Shown here: positions 38,934-47,410 of the stretch, piece by piece
How the letters are laid out: each line of letters opens with the position of its first letter
How positions within the stretch are numbered: the first letter of the stretch is position 1
DNA from: Planctomycetota bacterium
GTDB lineage: Bacteria; Planctomycetota; B15-G4
Assembly (NCBI GenBank): GCA_052387675.1
Contig: JBQTIY010000009.1
Coordinates: 141,804 to 205,803 of the forward strand
Direction of reading: 5' to 3'
Length of the DNA: 64,000 bases
Made by a program: the position numbers and the translations under genes
The notes under the pieces: generated by a model
Told to the model about the DNA's origin: nothing
What the model saw: the letters and a program-made list of their open reading frames with translations, nothing else
The model's database searches: none

Positions 38934-40193
38934 TTAGCGGCTGGCGGCCGCGATTCCGTCCACGAGCGCGGCCACGAGGCGTGGCACGTCGCGTTCAGGC
39001 GTCGAGCAGAGGGCCACGCGCACCGCACCAGCCAGCGGCACGACGAAAACGCCGAGTTCGCGCATTCTCTGGGCCGTGACTTCGGCGTCGGGAGTGAAGA
39101 CGCTCACGAAAAAGCCGCCTTCGTAGCGCGGATAGTTCAGACCGGCGCGCGGGGCCAAGCGATTGAAGGCTGCCACGCGCTGGCCCAGCAAAGCCTGCAA
39201 ACGCAGGCGTTCGGTGTCGGCTCGTGCCCGCAGAGTCCCGTCCTCAAGCAATTCCGTAACGGCCAACATGGCCTGATGATTGCAGTTAGACCACGTGCCG
39301 CGGCACGAGAAGCTCAGCGCGTTCTGAATGCGCGTGCGTTCGGCCGGATCGGGATGGCTCGCGACCAGGGCGCCGAGGCGTGCGCCGTAGAGCGCGTAGC
39401 TCTTCGAGGCTGTCCATGCCACGAGGAGCAGCGCTTCGCCGGCCAGCTCCTCGAAGTGCCGCACCCAGGCGGTTGCATCAGCGGCTCCGAAGCGTGCGTA
39501 CGCAAAGTCGAGGCAGAGAGTCACTGGTCCACGTTGACTGGCCGAGCGTACGGCCGAGGCGATCGCCTGCCAGTCATGATCATCCAGCGAATAGCCGGTT
39601 GGGTTGTGACAGGGCGTGTTGAGAAACACCAGGGCGCGCTTCTGCTCGTCCATCTGCTTCTGGAGAGCCGTTTCGAAAGCGGCAGTGCCGAAGACTCCGG
39701 ACTCATCAAACATCGCGAAGGTCGCCAGTTCGCGTCGCGTCTGATTGGCCAGGGTCTTGTAAGGGCCCCAGTAATAGCTGCTGGTCAGGAGCGCCTGGCC
39801 GGGCTGCAAGAAGTTCACGATGGCGTGGTGCAGGGCACCCGTCCCACCGGGGGTTGCGGCGCCCACCGACTGCCGAGCCAGGGGGTTGTCGCCGAAGAGA
39901 TCGCGGATGACGGCGCTGAGGAAGCGGGGTTCGCCGGCGATCGGGGCGTAGGAGGCCGCCTTGCGTTGTGGTACCGCCGCCAGAGCCTCGAAGGCGACTG
40001 GCAGGATGGCCAGTTGGCCGTCATCCTCCATCAGGGCGCCAAGAGTGGCGTTGAGGATGGATTCCCCTGCCTGAGCCCGCTTCACCGCTTCGGCATTCAG
40101 GGCAAAAATTGGGTCATCCCCCGGGCGCACCCGGCAGTCTGGAATGAGGTGGCTTTCACGGGCTGCTGTGAGGGCTCGGGGCACGGTGCGCAT
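38934..40193 (-). CDS. Class I/II PLP-dependent aminotransferase
   Basis: NATLG, TPGGTGAL, HNPTG, DFAY, TASKSYALYGARLG. Confidence 0.88.
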   Translation of the reverse strand: MRTVPRALTAARESHLIPDCRVRPGDDPIFALNAEAVKRAQAGESILNATLGALMEDDGQLAILPVAFEALAAVPQRKAASYAPIAGEPRFLSAVIRDLFGDNPLARQSVGAATPGGTGALHHAIVNFLQPGQALLTSSYYWGPYKTLANQTRRELATFAMFDESGVFGTAAFETALQKQMDEQKRALVFLNTPCHNPTGYSLDDHDWQAIASAVRSASQRGPVTLCLDFAYARFGAADATAWVRHFEELAGEALLLVAWTASKSYALYGARLGALVASHPDPAERTRIQNALSFSCRGTWSNCNHQAMLAVTELLEDGTLRARADTERLRLQALLGQRVAAFNRLAPRAGLNYPRYEGGFFVSVFTPDAEVTAQRMRELGVFVVPLAGAVRVALCSTPERDVPRLVAALVDGIAAASR

Positions 40194-40453
40194 CCAGAGA
40201 TGAGAGGGAGGCTGGCCGGTTTACCAAATGGAGCCTAGCCCCGGCCGTAAATGGAGGCACTCAAGTTTGAAACTTGGGGCGGTCGATGGGGGCGCGCGGT
40301 CCGCAGAAAAAGAAGCCCAAATGGGCACCTCCGGACGCATGCGTTACAATCCATGTCTTCCTCTCCCCCGAAACAGAACCTCACTCCTGACACGGCCGCC
40401 CCTTCTCGGCGGCCGCACTCATGAAGTACCCCGCCTACGTTGGAGGCCCTTTG

Positions 40454-42115
40454 ATGTTCCGCAGCACCCTCTCGCTGTCCCTGGCCCTTGCGGCCCTTTC
40501 AACCCCTCTTGCAGCCCAGGACGACCTCGGCGAGGTGCTGATCCATAAGAAGATCAGCTCGATCGACGGCACCTTCTCGGGCGGCCTCGACAACGGCGAT
40601 CTGTTCGGCGGGGCCATTGCAGCTCTCGGTGACCTCGATGGCGATGGCATCGGCGACTACGCCGTCGGCGCCATTCGCGATGACGATGGCGGCACCGATG
40701 CGGGCGCAGTTTGGATTCTCTTCCTGCGCGCCAACGGGACCGTGAAGTCTTTCCAGAAGATCAGCGCCCTAGAGGGCGGCTTGGTTGGCCCGGTAGCGGC
40801 CGGCGATGCCTTTGGCGTTTCGCTAGCTGCTTTGGGCGATTTGGATAGTGACGGCGTGCGCGACCTAGCGGTCGGTTCCTTCCTGGACGACAGCGGTGGC
40901 CCCAACCGTGGTGCGGTCTACGTTCTCTTCCTCAATGCCAACGGCACCGTCAAGGCTGAACAAAAGATCAGTTCGACGAGCGGTGGCTTGGGGACTCCGC
41001 TGGATGACGAAGATCGCTTTGGCCACGCCCTGGCCCGGCTTTCGCCCACCCGAATCGCTGTAGGAATTCTCTTCGATGATGATGGCGGCGCTGACCGTGG
41101 GGCCGTTTTGATTCTAGACCTCACCACCACGACCGGAATGGTCGCCGGTGAGGCCAAGATCAGCAGCACCGCCGGTGGCTTCGGTGGAGTCCTGGACGAC
41201 GGCGACTGGTTCGGAACAGCCTTGGCGGATGCCGGAGACATCAACGGCGACACAAACACTGACCTACTCGTGGGCGCCCGGAAGGACGATGACGGCGGCA
41301 CCGACCGTGGTGCGCTGTGGGTCCTTTTCCTCGACGCGGGAGGCGCTGTTCTCGGCCAATCAAAGATTAGTCATGGGAACGGCGGTTTCTCAGGCAGTCT
41401 GGCCAATCTCGACGCCTTTGGAACCTCCGCGGCGAAATTGGGCGAAGTCGGCGGCGACACCGTTGTGGCCGTGGGCTGCCCGTTCCAAGATGACGGTGGC
41501 ACCGACCGTGGTGCGTTGTGGCTGCTCTTCCTGGATTCGACTGGGACTTGCACGAATAGCCTCAAGATCAGCGATACCGTTGGGAACTTCGCAGGGCAAC
41601 TCGCCAACAGCGATCAGTTCGGATACGCCCTGGTTGCTCGTGACGACGCCAATGAGCAGTTCGGCTTCGCTGATCTGATCGTGGGTGCGCGTTTCGCAGA
41701 CAACGGTGGTGCCGATCGCGGCCGCGTTCACCTCTTGCGCATCAGCGAGGGCCCCTTCACCGACCTTGGAAATGGTCTGCTCGGTAGCAACGGCATGCCG
41801 GAACTCACCGGCACCGGGACCTTGGTCGCGGGCACGGCCATGTCGATCAATCTGGTCAGCGCGAAGCAGAGTGCCTCTGCCGCCTTGGTCGTCGGGATCT
41901 CGAACCTCTACGCCAACTTCAAGGGTGGCGTCATGGTGGGTGACCCCTTGATCATTTTCTCGGGCCTGACGACGACCCCCTCGGGTACGGCCACTCTGGG
42001 AACCCCCAGCTTCCCCTCGGGACTTTCGTTGTTCACCATGTACTTCCAGTACTGGATCACAGAGAGCCCGGGCGTGTTCTCTGCCAGCAACGGCTTGGCG
42101 ATGACGGCCCCCTAA
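40454..42115 (+). CDS. Secreted FG-GAP/integrin-alpha beta-propeller protein (paralog 1)
   Basis: RBS GGAGG, signal peptide, repeated FG...GDLDGDG..D.AVG..DDDGG.DRGA.W.LFL. Confidence 0.85.
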   Translation: MFRSTLSLSLALAALSTPLAAQDDLGEVLIHKKISSIDGTFSGGLDNGDLFGGAIAALGDLDGDGIGDYAVGAIRDDDGGTDAGAVWILFLRANGTVKSFQKISALEGGLVGPVAAGDAFGVSLAALGDLDSDGVRDLAVGSFLDDSGGPNRGAVYVLFLNANGTVKAEQKISSTSGGLGTPLDDEDRFGHALARLSPTRIAVGILFDDDGGADRGAVLILDLTTTTGMVAGEAKISSTAGGFGGVLDDGDWFGTALADAGDINGDTNTDLLVGARKDDDGGTDRGALWVLFLDAGGAVLGQSKISHGNGGFSGSLANLDAFGTSAAKLGEVGGDTVVAVGCPFQDDGGTDRGALWLLFLDSTGTCTNSLKISDTVGNFAGQLANSDQFGYALVARDDANEQFGFADLIVGARFADNGGADRGRVHLLRISEGPFTDLGNGLLGSNGMPELTGTGTLVAGTAMSINLVSAKQSASAALVVGISNLYANFKGGVMVGDPLIIFSGLTTTPSGTATLGTPSFPSGLSLFTMYFQYWITESPGVFSASNGLAMTAP

Positions 42116-42186
42116 GGCCGGGCCCACTGACCGTGGGCGGTCGGTAATCCGTCGGTAATCCGAGGCCGCTAACCTCGGAACCCGTC

Positions 42187-42225
42187 CTGTAGTCCCCAGG
42201 ACGCTTGTCGTCCTGGGGACTACAG
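42187..42225. terminator. Perfect 17-bp inverted repeat hairpin between the FG-GAP paralogs (terminator or stabilising stem)
   Basis: CTGTAGTCCCCAGGACG-CTTGT-CGTCCTGGGGACTACAG; only a weak U tract. Confidence 0.6.
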
Positions 42226-42342
42226 CGTTTCAAGGAACTCCTTGAGGCCGTACTCGCTCTGTGTCGAAGACAGGGCCGGTGTTGCGTCTGAGCGCGCCGC
42301 CATTCGTTCTCGGCGCCGATCCCAAACTTCCCTGATCATCCA

Positions 42343-44037
42343 ATGGAGAGAGACATCGTGACGATTCCCCGTGGCATCACCCGTTCCTTGCCGCTTCTCG
42401 CTGTCGGCCTGCTTACTGGAACCGTGCCCTTGATGGCGCAGTCCCTGCCCGGCGACGTGTTGACGACTAGCCGAATCAGCTCGAGCGTCGGCGGTTTCGT
42501 GAATGACCTTGGCGATGGCGACCTCTTCGGTGGCGCGGTCGCTCCCCTCGGCGATCTGGACGGAGACGGTGTCCGAGACGTCGCAGTGGGTGCCATGCGC
42601 CATGATGCCGGGGGCACGGATCGCGGAGCTGTGTGGATTCTGTTCCTCAACGCTGACGACAGCGTTAAGGCCTCCACCAAGATCAGCAGCACGTCCGGCG
42701 GCCTTGTGGGCCCGCTAGCCGATGGCGATCACTTCGGCGTTTCGCTGGCAGGCCTCGGTGACCTGGACGGCGACAACATCACTGACCTAGCCGTTGGTGC
42801 CTATCTGGCCGACCACGGCGGTGTCGATCGCGGTGCGGTTTATGTGCTCTTCCTCAATGCCAACGGAACCGTCAAGGCCGAGCAAGTCATCAGCAGCACG
42901 GCAGGAGGCTTCGGTGGCGTACTCGACAACGATGACCGCTTTGGTCTGAGCTTGGCGAATCTCTCCAATGGCCGGCTCGCCGTGGGTACGGGCTTCGATG
43001 ACGACGCCGGTCCGGACCGCGGCGCCGTGTGGCTCGTAGACCTGGCCGCCAATGGGACCGTCACCTCCTTCGGGAAGATCAGTGCGACCTCTGGTGGGTT
43101 TGGCGGCGTTCTCGATGACCAGGACTGGTTCGGGAGCGCGGTGGCCTCGGCTCGCGACCTGGATAGTGATGGTGTCATCGATCTCTTCGTGGGCGCCAGG
43201 CAGGATGACGATGGTGGTTCCAACCGCGGCGCCTTGTGGGTGCTACTCCTGAATGCCAACAAGACGGTGAAGGCCTCGACCAAGATTAGTGCGTCCAGCG
43301 GCGGATTCACCGGCGCGCTCGACAACACCGACAACTTCGGTGCCTCCGTCTGCCTCCTTGGTGACTACGACGGCGACGGCAAGCGCGATGCGGCCGTCGG
43401 AGCCTCCGGTGACGACGACGGTGGCCTAAACCGCGGCGCGGTTTGGATTCTGCACCTAGCTGCTGACGGGACCGTGCTCGGCCACAGCAAGTTGAGCAGC
43501 CAGGTTGGAAACGTTACGGGCCCCCTCGCAGACGGTGACCAGTTCGGCTACTCGATCGCGTGGCTCGACGGCAACTATGGCCTGGGCGATGCGCTGGTCG
43601 GCCAGCGTTTCGCTGACGATGGCGGCGCGGATCGTGGCGCTGTAACTTCGTTGCGCCTGAGCCATGGCATCTGGACAGACATGCGTCACTTCAAGTCGGG
43701 CAGCGCGGGCGCGCCCGTTCTGACCATGACCGGAACGCTCATCCCGGGCGCGATGGTCAACGTGGGTGTCACTGGCGCAGCCGCCTTCAAGTCCGCAATC
43801 ATTGCCATCGGACTGAATGCGACTGCTGCTCCGTTCGCCTCCGGCGTGATCGTGCCCTCTTTGGACATGCTGCTGGGCGGTTTCGCGACCACGGGCGCCG
43901 GCACCTTGTCGGTCAACGACCGCTTCCCGCCGAACCTGCCTGAGGGCTTCGTCTTCTACACCCAGGTGTGGATCCGCGATCAGGCGGCGGCCTTCGGCTT
44001 CTCCTTGACCAACGCCGTGGCGGGCGCGATGCCCTGA
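42343..44037 (+). CDS. Secreted FG-GAP/integrin-alpha beta-propeller protein (paralog 2)
   Basis: Same repeat architecture and C-terminal domain as paralog 1; exact start uncertain. Confidence 0.85.
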   Translation: MERDIVTIPRGITRSLPLLAVGLLTGTVPLMAQSLPGDVLTTSRISSSVGGFVNDLGDGDLFGGAVAPLGDLDGDGVRDVAVGAMRHDAGGTDRGAVWILFLNADDSVKASTKISSTSGGLVGPLADGDHFGVSLAGLGDLDGDNITDLAVGAYLADHGGVDRGAVYVLFLNANGTVKAEQVISSTAGGFGGVLDNDDRFGLSLANLSNGRLAVGTGFDDDAGPDRGAVWLVDLAANGTVTSFGKISATSGGFGGVLDDQDWFGSAVASARDLDSDGVIDLFVGARQDDDGGSNRGALWVLLLNANKTVKASTKISASSGGFTGALDNTDNFGASVCLLGDYDGDGKRDAAVGASGDDDGGLNRGAVWILHLAADGTVLGHSKLSSQVGNVTGPLADGDQFGYSIAWLDGNYGLGDALVGQRFADDGGADRGAVTSLRLSHGIWTDMRHFKSGSAGAPVLTMTGTLIPGAMVNVGVTGAAAFKSAIIAIGLNATAAPFASGVIVPSLDMLLGGFATTGAGTLSVNDRFPPNLPEGFVFYTQVWIRDQAAAFGFSLTNAVAGAMP

Positions 44038-44166
44038 GTTCGAAGCAGCGCGAGACACTCTTCACTCGCCATTTGCGCGCGGTGCACTCTTTCCGGAGAG
44101 TGCATCGCGCGCAATGCTTTTTGGCGCACTCCAGCCCGAGTCATCGAAGAGAGGAGAGCGGTCGGC

Positions 44167-45327
44167 GTGTCTGCGCGCATCCTGGTCAATGACCGGCCGC
44201 TCTATGTCACGACTTCGGGCGTGCCGGTTTATTTGCGCAGTCTTCTGGCGCATTGGCCCGCCGGCGGACCAGAGACCTGGGGTGTCCTTACGCATGGCTT
44301 GCGGCGGGCCGGGCACTGGCCGGCAGTGAGTGCACGGCACTCCAGCGCGCTGCGTCTCCGGCCGCTCGTGGCGCTGGGTTCGCCGAAGGCTTTGGGACGC
44401 CAAGTGCCGAACTCAGTCCGCCGCGCACTTCGTCGCGGTTACGCCTGGACAGTGCGCCGCTTGGCGCACAGCAGCAGAAGTCGCGCCTACTTCGAACCAA
44501 ATCACCTAGCAGTCGCTACCGACTTGCCCACGCTCACCGCTTTTCACGATCTGTCGGTCGTGGATCATCCAGAGTGGCACCACGCCGCCCGCGTGAAGCA
44601 GTGGGATCTCGAACTGCCCCAGACGCTGCGAGTGACGCGCCGCTGGGTGACGGCCAGCCAGTTCACTCGCGATCGCTTGGTGCAGAAACTTGGAGTCTCG
44701 CCGGAACGAATCGACGTTGTGCCGATGGCGCCGCGAGTCTTCTCCTCAGAAACCACATCTGGCAGCCGGTACGAACTTCCTGAGCGCTACTTGCTGGTCG
44801 TAGGAACGCTGGAGCCACGTAAGGGATTGCTGACGCTGCTTGATGCCTGGGCGGCGGTCCCGGACACCCGTCGCCGGAACTGTCGCCTTGTCCTCACTGG
44901 CCCCGTGGGCTGGGGCGACTCCGTCTTTTGGAACTCCCTGGTCGGACACCGAGCGGCACAGGACGTGTTAACCACTGGCTCCGTCGACGAGGCAGCGCTC
45001 GGCCAACTCCTGCGCGGGGCCGTCGCGCTGCTCAGCGCGTCGCGCTACGAGGGCTTCGGTCTGCCGCTCGTTGAGGCTTTTGCGCTCGGGACGCCCGTGA
45101 TCTGCTCAGACATTCCGACCTACCGCGAAGTGGCTGGCACGGCAGCTCTGCGCGTGCCGGCCGAGGACGAGGCGGCCTGGGCCCGGGCCATCGGGAGTGT
45201 TCTGGACGATGCAGCGTTGCGCGCAGACCTGGCTGCGGCGGGGACGCGGCAGGTCGCGGCACTGACCTGGAATCAGACGGCCGGCCGCATGGCCGAGTTG
45301 CTGACTCAGCTGGCCTCAGCGGGCTGA
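44167..45327 (+). CDS. GT4-family glycosyltransferase
   Basis: HDLS, GTLEPRKGL, YEGFGLPLVEA, SDIPTYREVAG. Confidence 0.9.
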   Translation: MSARILVNDRPLYVTTSGVPVYLRSLLAHWPAGGPETWGVLTHGLRRAGHWPAVSARHSSALRLRPLVALGSPKALGRQVPNSVRRALRRGYAWTVRRLAHSSRSRAYFEPNHLAVATDLPTLTAFHDLSVVDHPEWHHAARVKQWDLELPQTLRVTRRWVTASQFTRDRLVQKLGVSPERIDVVPMAPRVFSSETTSGSRYELPERYLLVVGTLEPRKGLLTLLDAWAAVPDTRRRNCRLVLTGPVGWGDSVFWNSLVGHRAAQDVLTTGSVDEAALGQLLRGAVALLSASRYEGFGLPLVEAFALGTPVICSDIPTYREVAGTAALRVPAEDEAAWARAIGSVLDDAALRADLAAAGTRQVAALTWNQTAGRMAELLTQLASAG

Positions 45328-46196
45328 TTTGCTCTCCGCAGCAGCCAGCGCAATTGCCAGCCCAGCATGGACAGCGGCAGCCGGCGGTTGTAGCGCCAGG
45401 CCAGGGCCAAGCCGAGCGGAGCCTTGGCTAGGCGGTTCAGGAGCCGATGCCGCGAGATGGCTAGTCCGCGCGATTCAACGAGGACATGTGCGAGATGGCG
45501 CAGCGGCTGATCGGGGACCCGGCCGAGATGTCGGCTCAGCAGTTCGACGACTTCGCGGGCATGGTCCACGGGGCGGCCCACCGATTTGCTGGCGGGGTGC
45601 AGGCGCGCGCCCGCAAGTGTCTGCGGCAGGTACTGGAAGCGGGCTCCGGCCTTCGCCAGCCGGAGCCAGTACTCGTAATCCATGCAGTAGTGCAGCGATT
45701 CGTCGAGCCCGCCCAGCTTGGTCACGAGGCGCCGCCGAAAGAAGACGGCGGGCGTGCACAGAAAACAGTGCTCGTACAGCCGTTGCGCGGAAAACGCTTC
45801 GGTTGGATAGCGTTGCAGCACGCGGTCGTGCGCATCGATGTAGTCGGCGTCGCCGTAGAGCACGTCGAGCTGCGGGTCACTGGCAAAGGCTTCGGCAATG
45901 ACGCTCAGTGTGCGGGGGTAATAGACGTCATCCGCGTTGAGCCAGCCGATGACTTCGCCCCGCGCTGCGGCCAGGGCCTTGTTCACGGCCTGTGCCTGAC
46001 CTTGGTCTGGTTCGCTCAGCGACTCGACCTGTCCGGCGTATTGCGCCAGAATCGCTTGTGTGTCGTCGCCGCTGCCTCCGTCCCGGACGACGAACTGCAG
46101 CCCCGCGAGACGCTGACCGAGCACGCTCTGTATGGCGCGTTCAATGAACTCGCCCTGCCCAAGGGAGGGCATGACGATCGTGATGCTGCAGGCCAT
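45306..46196 (-). CDS. GT2-family glycosyltransferase
   Basis: IVMPS, DGGSGD, GQAQAVN, WLNADD, MDYEYWLR. Confidence 0.9.
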   Translation of the reverse strand: MACSITIVMPSLGQGEFIERAIQSVLGQRLAGLQFVVRDGGSGDDTQAILAQYAGQVESLSEPDQGQAQAVNKALAAARGEVIGWLNADDVYYPRTLSVIAEAFASDPQLDVLYGDADYIDAHDRVLQRYPTEAFSAQRLYEHCFLCTPAVFFRRRLVTKLGGLDESLHYCMDYEYWLRLAKAGARFQYLPQTLAGARLHPASKSVGRPVDHAREVVELLSRHLGRVPDQPLRHLAHVLVESRGLAISRHRLLNRLAKAPLGLALAWRYNRRLPLSMLGWQLRWLLRRANQPAEAS

Positions 46197-46347
46197 GGAT
46201 GGTGGAGCTTCGGCGTGAGGTCTCGTGGCACTGTTGTACTCTCGGGGCTGCCGAGCGCGGCGAATTTGGCTCCGTTTCGCTAGACTGGCAGCGCGCGACC
46301 TTCGGAGCCTGTTCGTGGCAGAGAGCGGCCGCTCGCCGACACAATCC

Positions 46348-47385
46348 ATGCAGCGAGTCCGGGCCAAGCGCTGCTGGTGCGGCTCGGAGACTCTGCAGCC
46401 CTTCGCGCCCAATTACTTGCTCTGCACGGTCTGCCAGACGCTGGTGTCCGGCGCACGCCTGCCGGATGAGGCTCTGCGGGTTACGAATGATGCAGGCGAC
46501 TTTTACGGTCGTCGCTACTGGTGGGAGCACCAGACCGAGGATCTCGGCTATCCGAATCTGGAGCAGCGGGCGCGCGCCGACCTCGCCGAGCGCTGTGCGC
46601 AGTGGCTGTCGGTCCTGCTGCGCTGGCGCGCGCCGCCGGGCCGGGTGCTGGAGTTGGGATCCGCACACGGCGGCTTCGTCGCCTTGATGCGCCTGGCCGG
46701 CTTCGAGGCCACCGGGCTCGAACTGAGCCCGAGTGTCGTGACGTGGTCGCAGGTCGCCTTTGGGATTCCCGTGCTCTGCGGGCCCCTGGAGAACCAGACG
46801 ATTGCCCCGGCGTCGCTCGAGGCCATCGTGCTCATGGATGTCCTCGAGCACTTGAGTGATCCACTGGCGACGATGAAGCTGTGCCGGCGACTGCTGGCGC
46901 CCGGCGGGATCGTTCTGGCGCAAACGCCTGCTTGGCGCGGGCAAGACTACTCAGCGATGCAATCCGCTCGGGATCCCTTTCTAGAGCACTTCAAGCCTGA
47001 CGAACATCTGCATCTCTTCTCGCCTCAGGCCGCTCGCCGACTGCTGGCGGAGGCCGGACTCTCTCACGTGACTGAGGAGCCCGCGCCCTTCGTGCATGAC
47101 ATGCTCCTCGTGGCTTCAGCCGAGCCGCTGCCGACCGAGACCTCTGAGCTGACAGCAGACCGGCTGCTCAGAGCACCGGCCGGGCGCATGGCCTTGGCCT
47201 TGCTGGACGCGGGCGTCCGCAGCGACGATTTGGCGAGAGTGTGCGCAGCGCGACAGAGGGTTATCGAGGAGCAGCAGCAGGAGATCGAGCTGCTTCGGCA
47301 GGCCTGCGCCGAGCGGCTGGCCCTCATTGAGGCGCAAGAGCGGGAACTCGGGCCTCTGCGGCGGGGCGCCGGCAGGTCAGAATGA
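46348..47385 (+). CDS. Class I SAM-dependent methyltransferase with Cys-rich N-terminus and short C-terminal coiled coil
   Basis: CWC..CTVC; VLELGSAHG, DVLEHLSDP, EHLHLFS. Confidence 0.85.
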   Translation: MQRVRAKRCWCGSETLQPFAPNYLLCTVCQTLVSGARLPDEALRVTNDAGDFYGRRYWWEHQTEDLGYPNLEQRARADLAERCAQWLSVLLRWRAPPGRVLELGSAHGGFVALMRLAGFEATGLELSPSVVTWSQVAFGIPVLCGPLENQTIAPASLEAIVLMDVLEHLSDPLATMKLCRRLLAPGGIVLAQTPAWRGQDYSAMQSARDPFLEHFKPDEHLHLFSPQAARRLLAEAGLSHVTEEPAPFVHDMLLVASAEPLPTETSELTADRLLRAPAGRMALALLDAGVRSDDLARVCAARQRVIEEQQQEIELLRQACAERLALIEAQERELGPLRRGAGRSE

Positions 47386-47410
47386 ATCGGTACGCCTGGA
47401 TCGCCTGACG

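Noticed and set aside
40260-40352. Sigma70-like promoter (TACAAT near 40345) upstream of the FG-GAP gene
   Set aside because: No -35 element at proper spacing; cannot be supported from sequence alone
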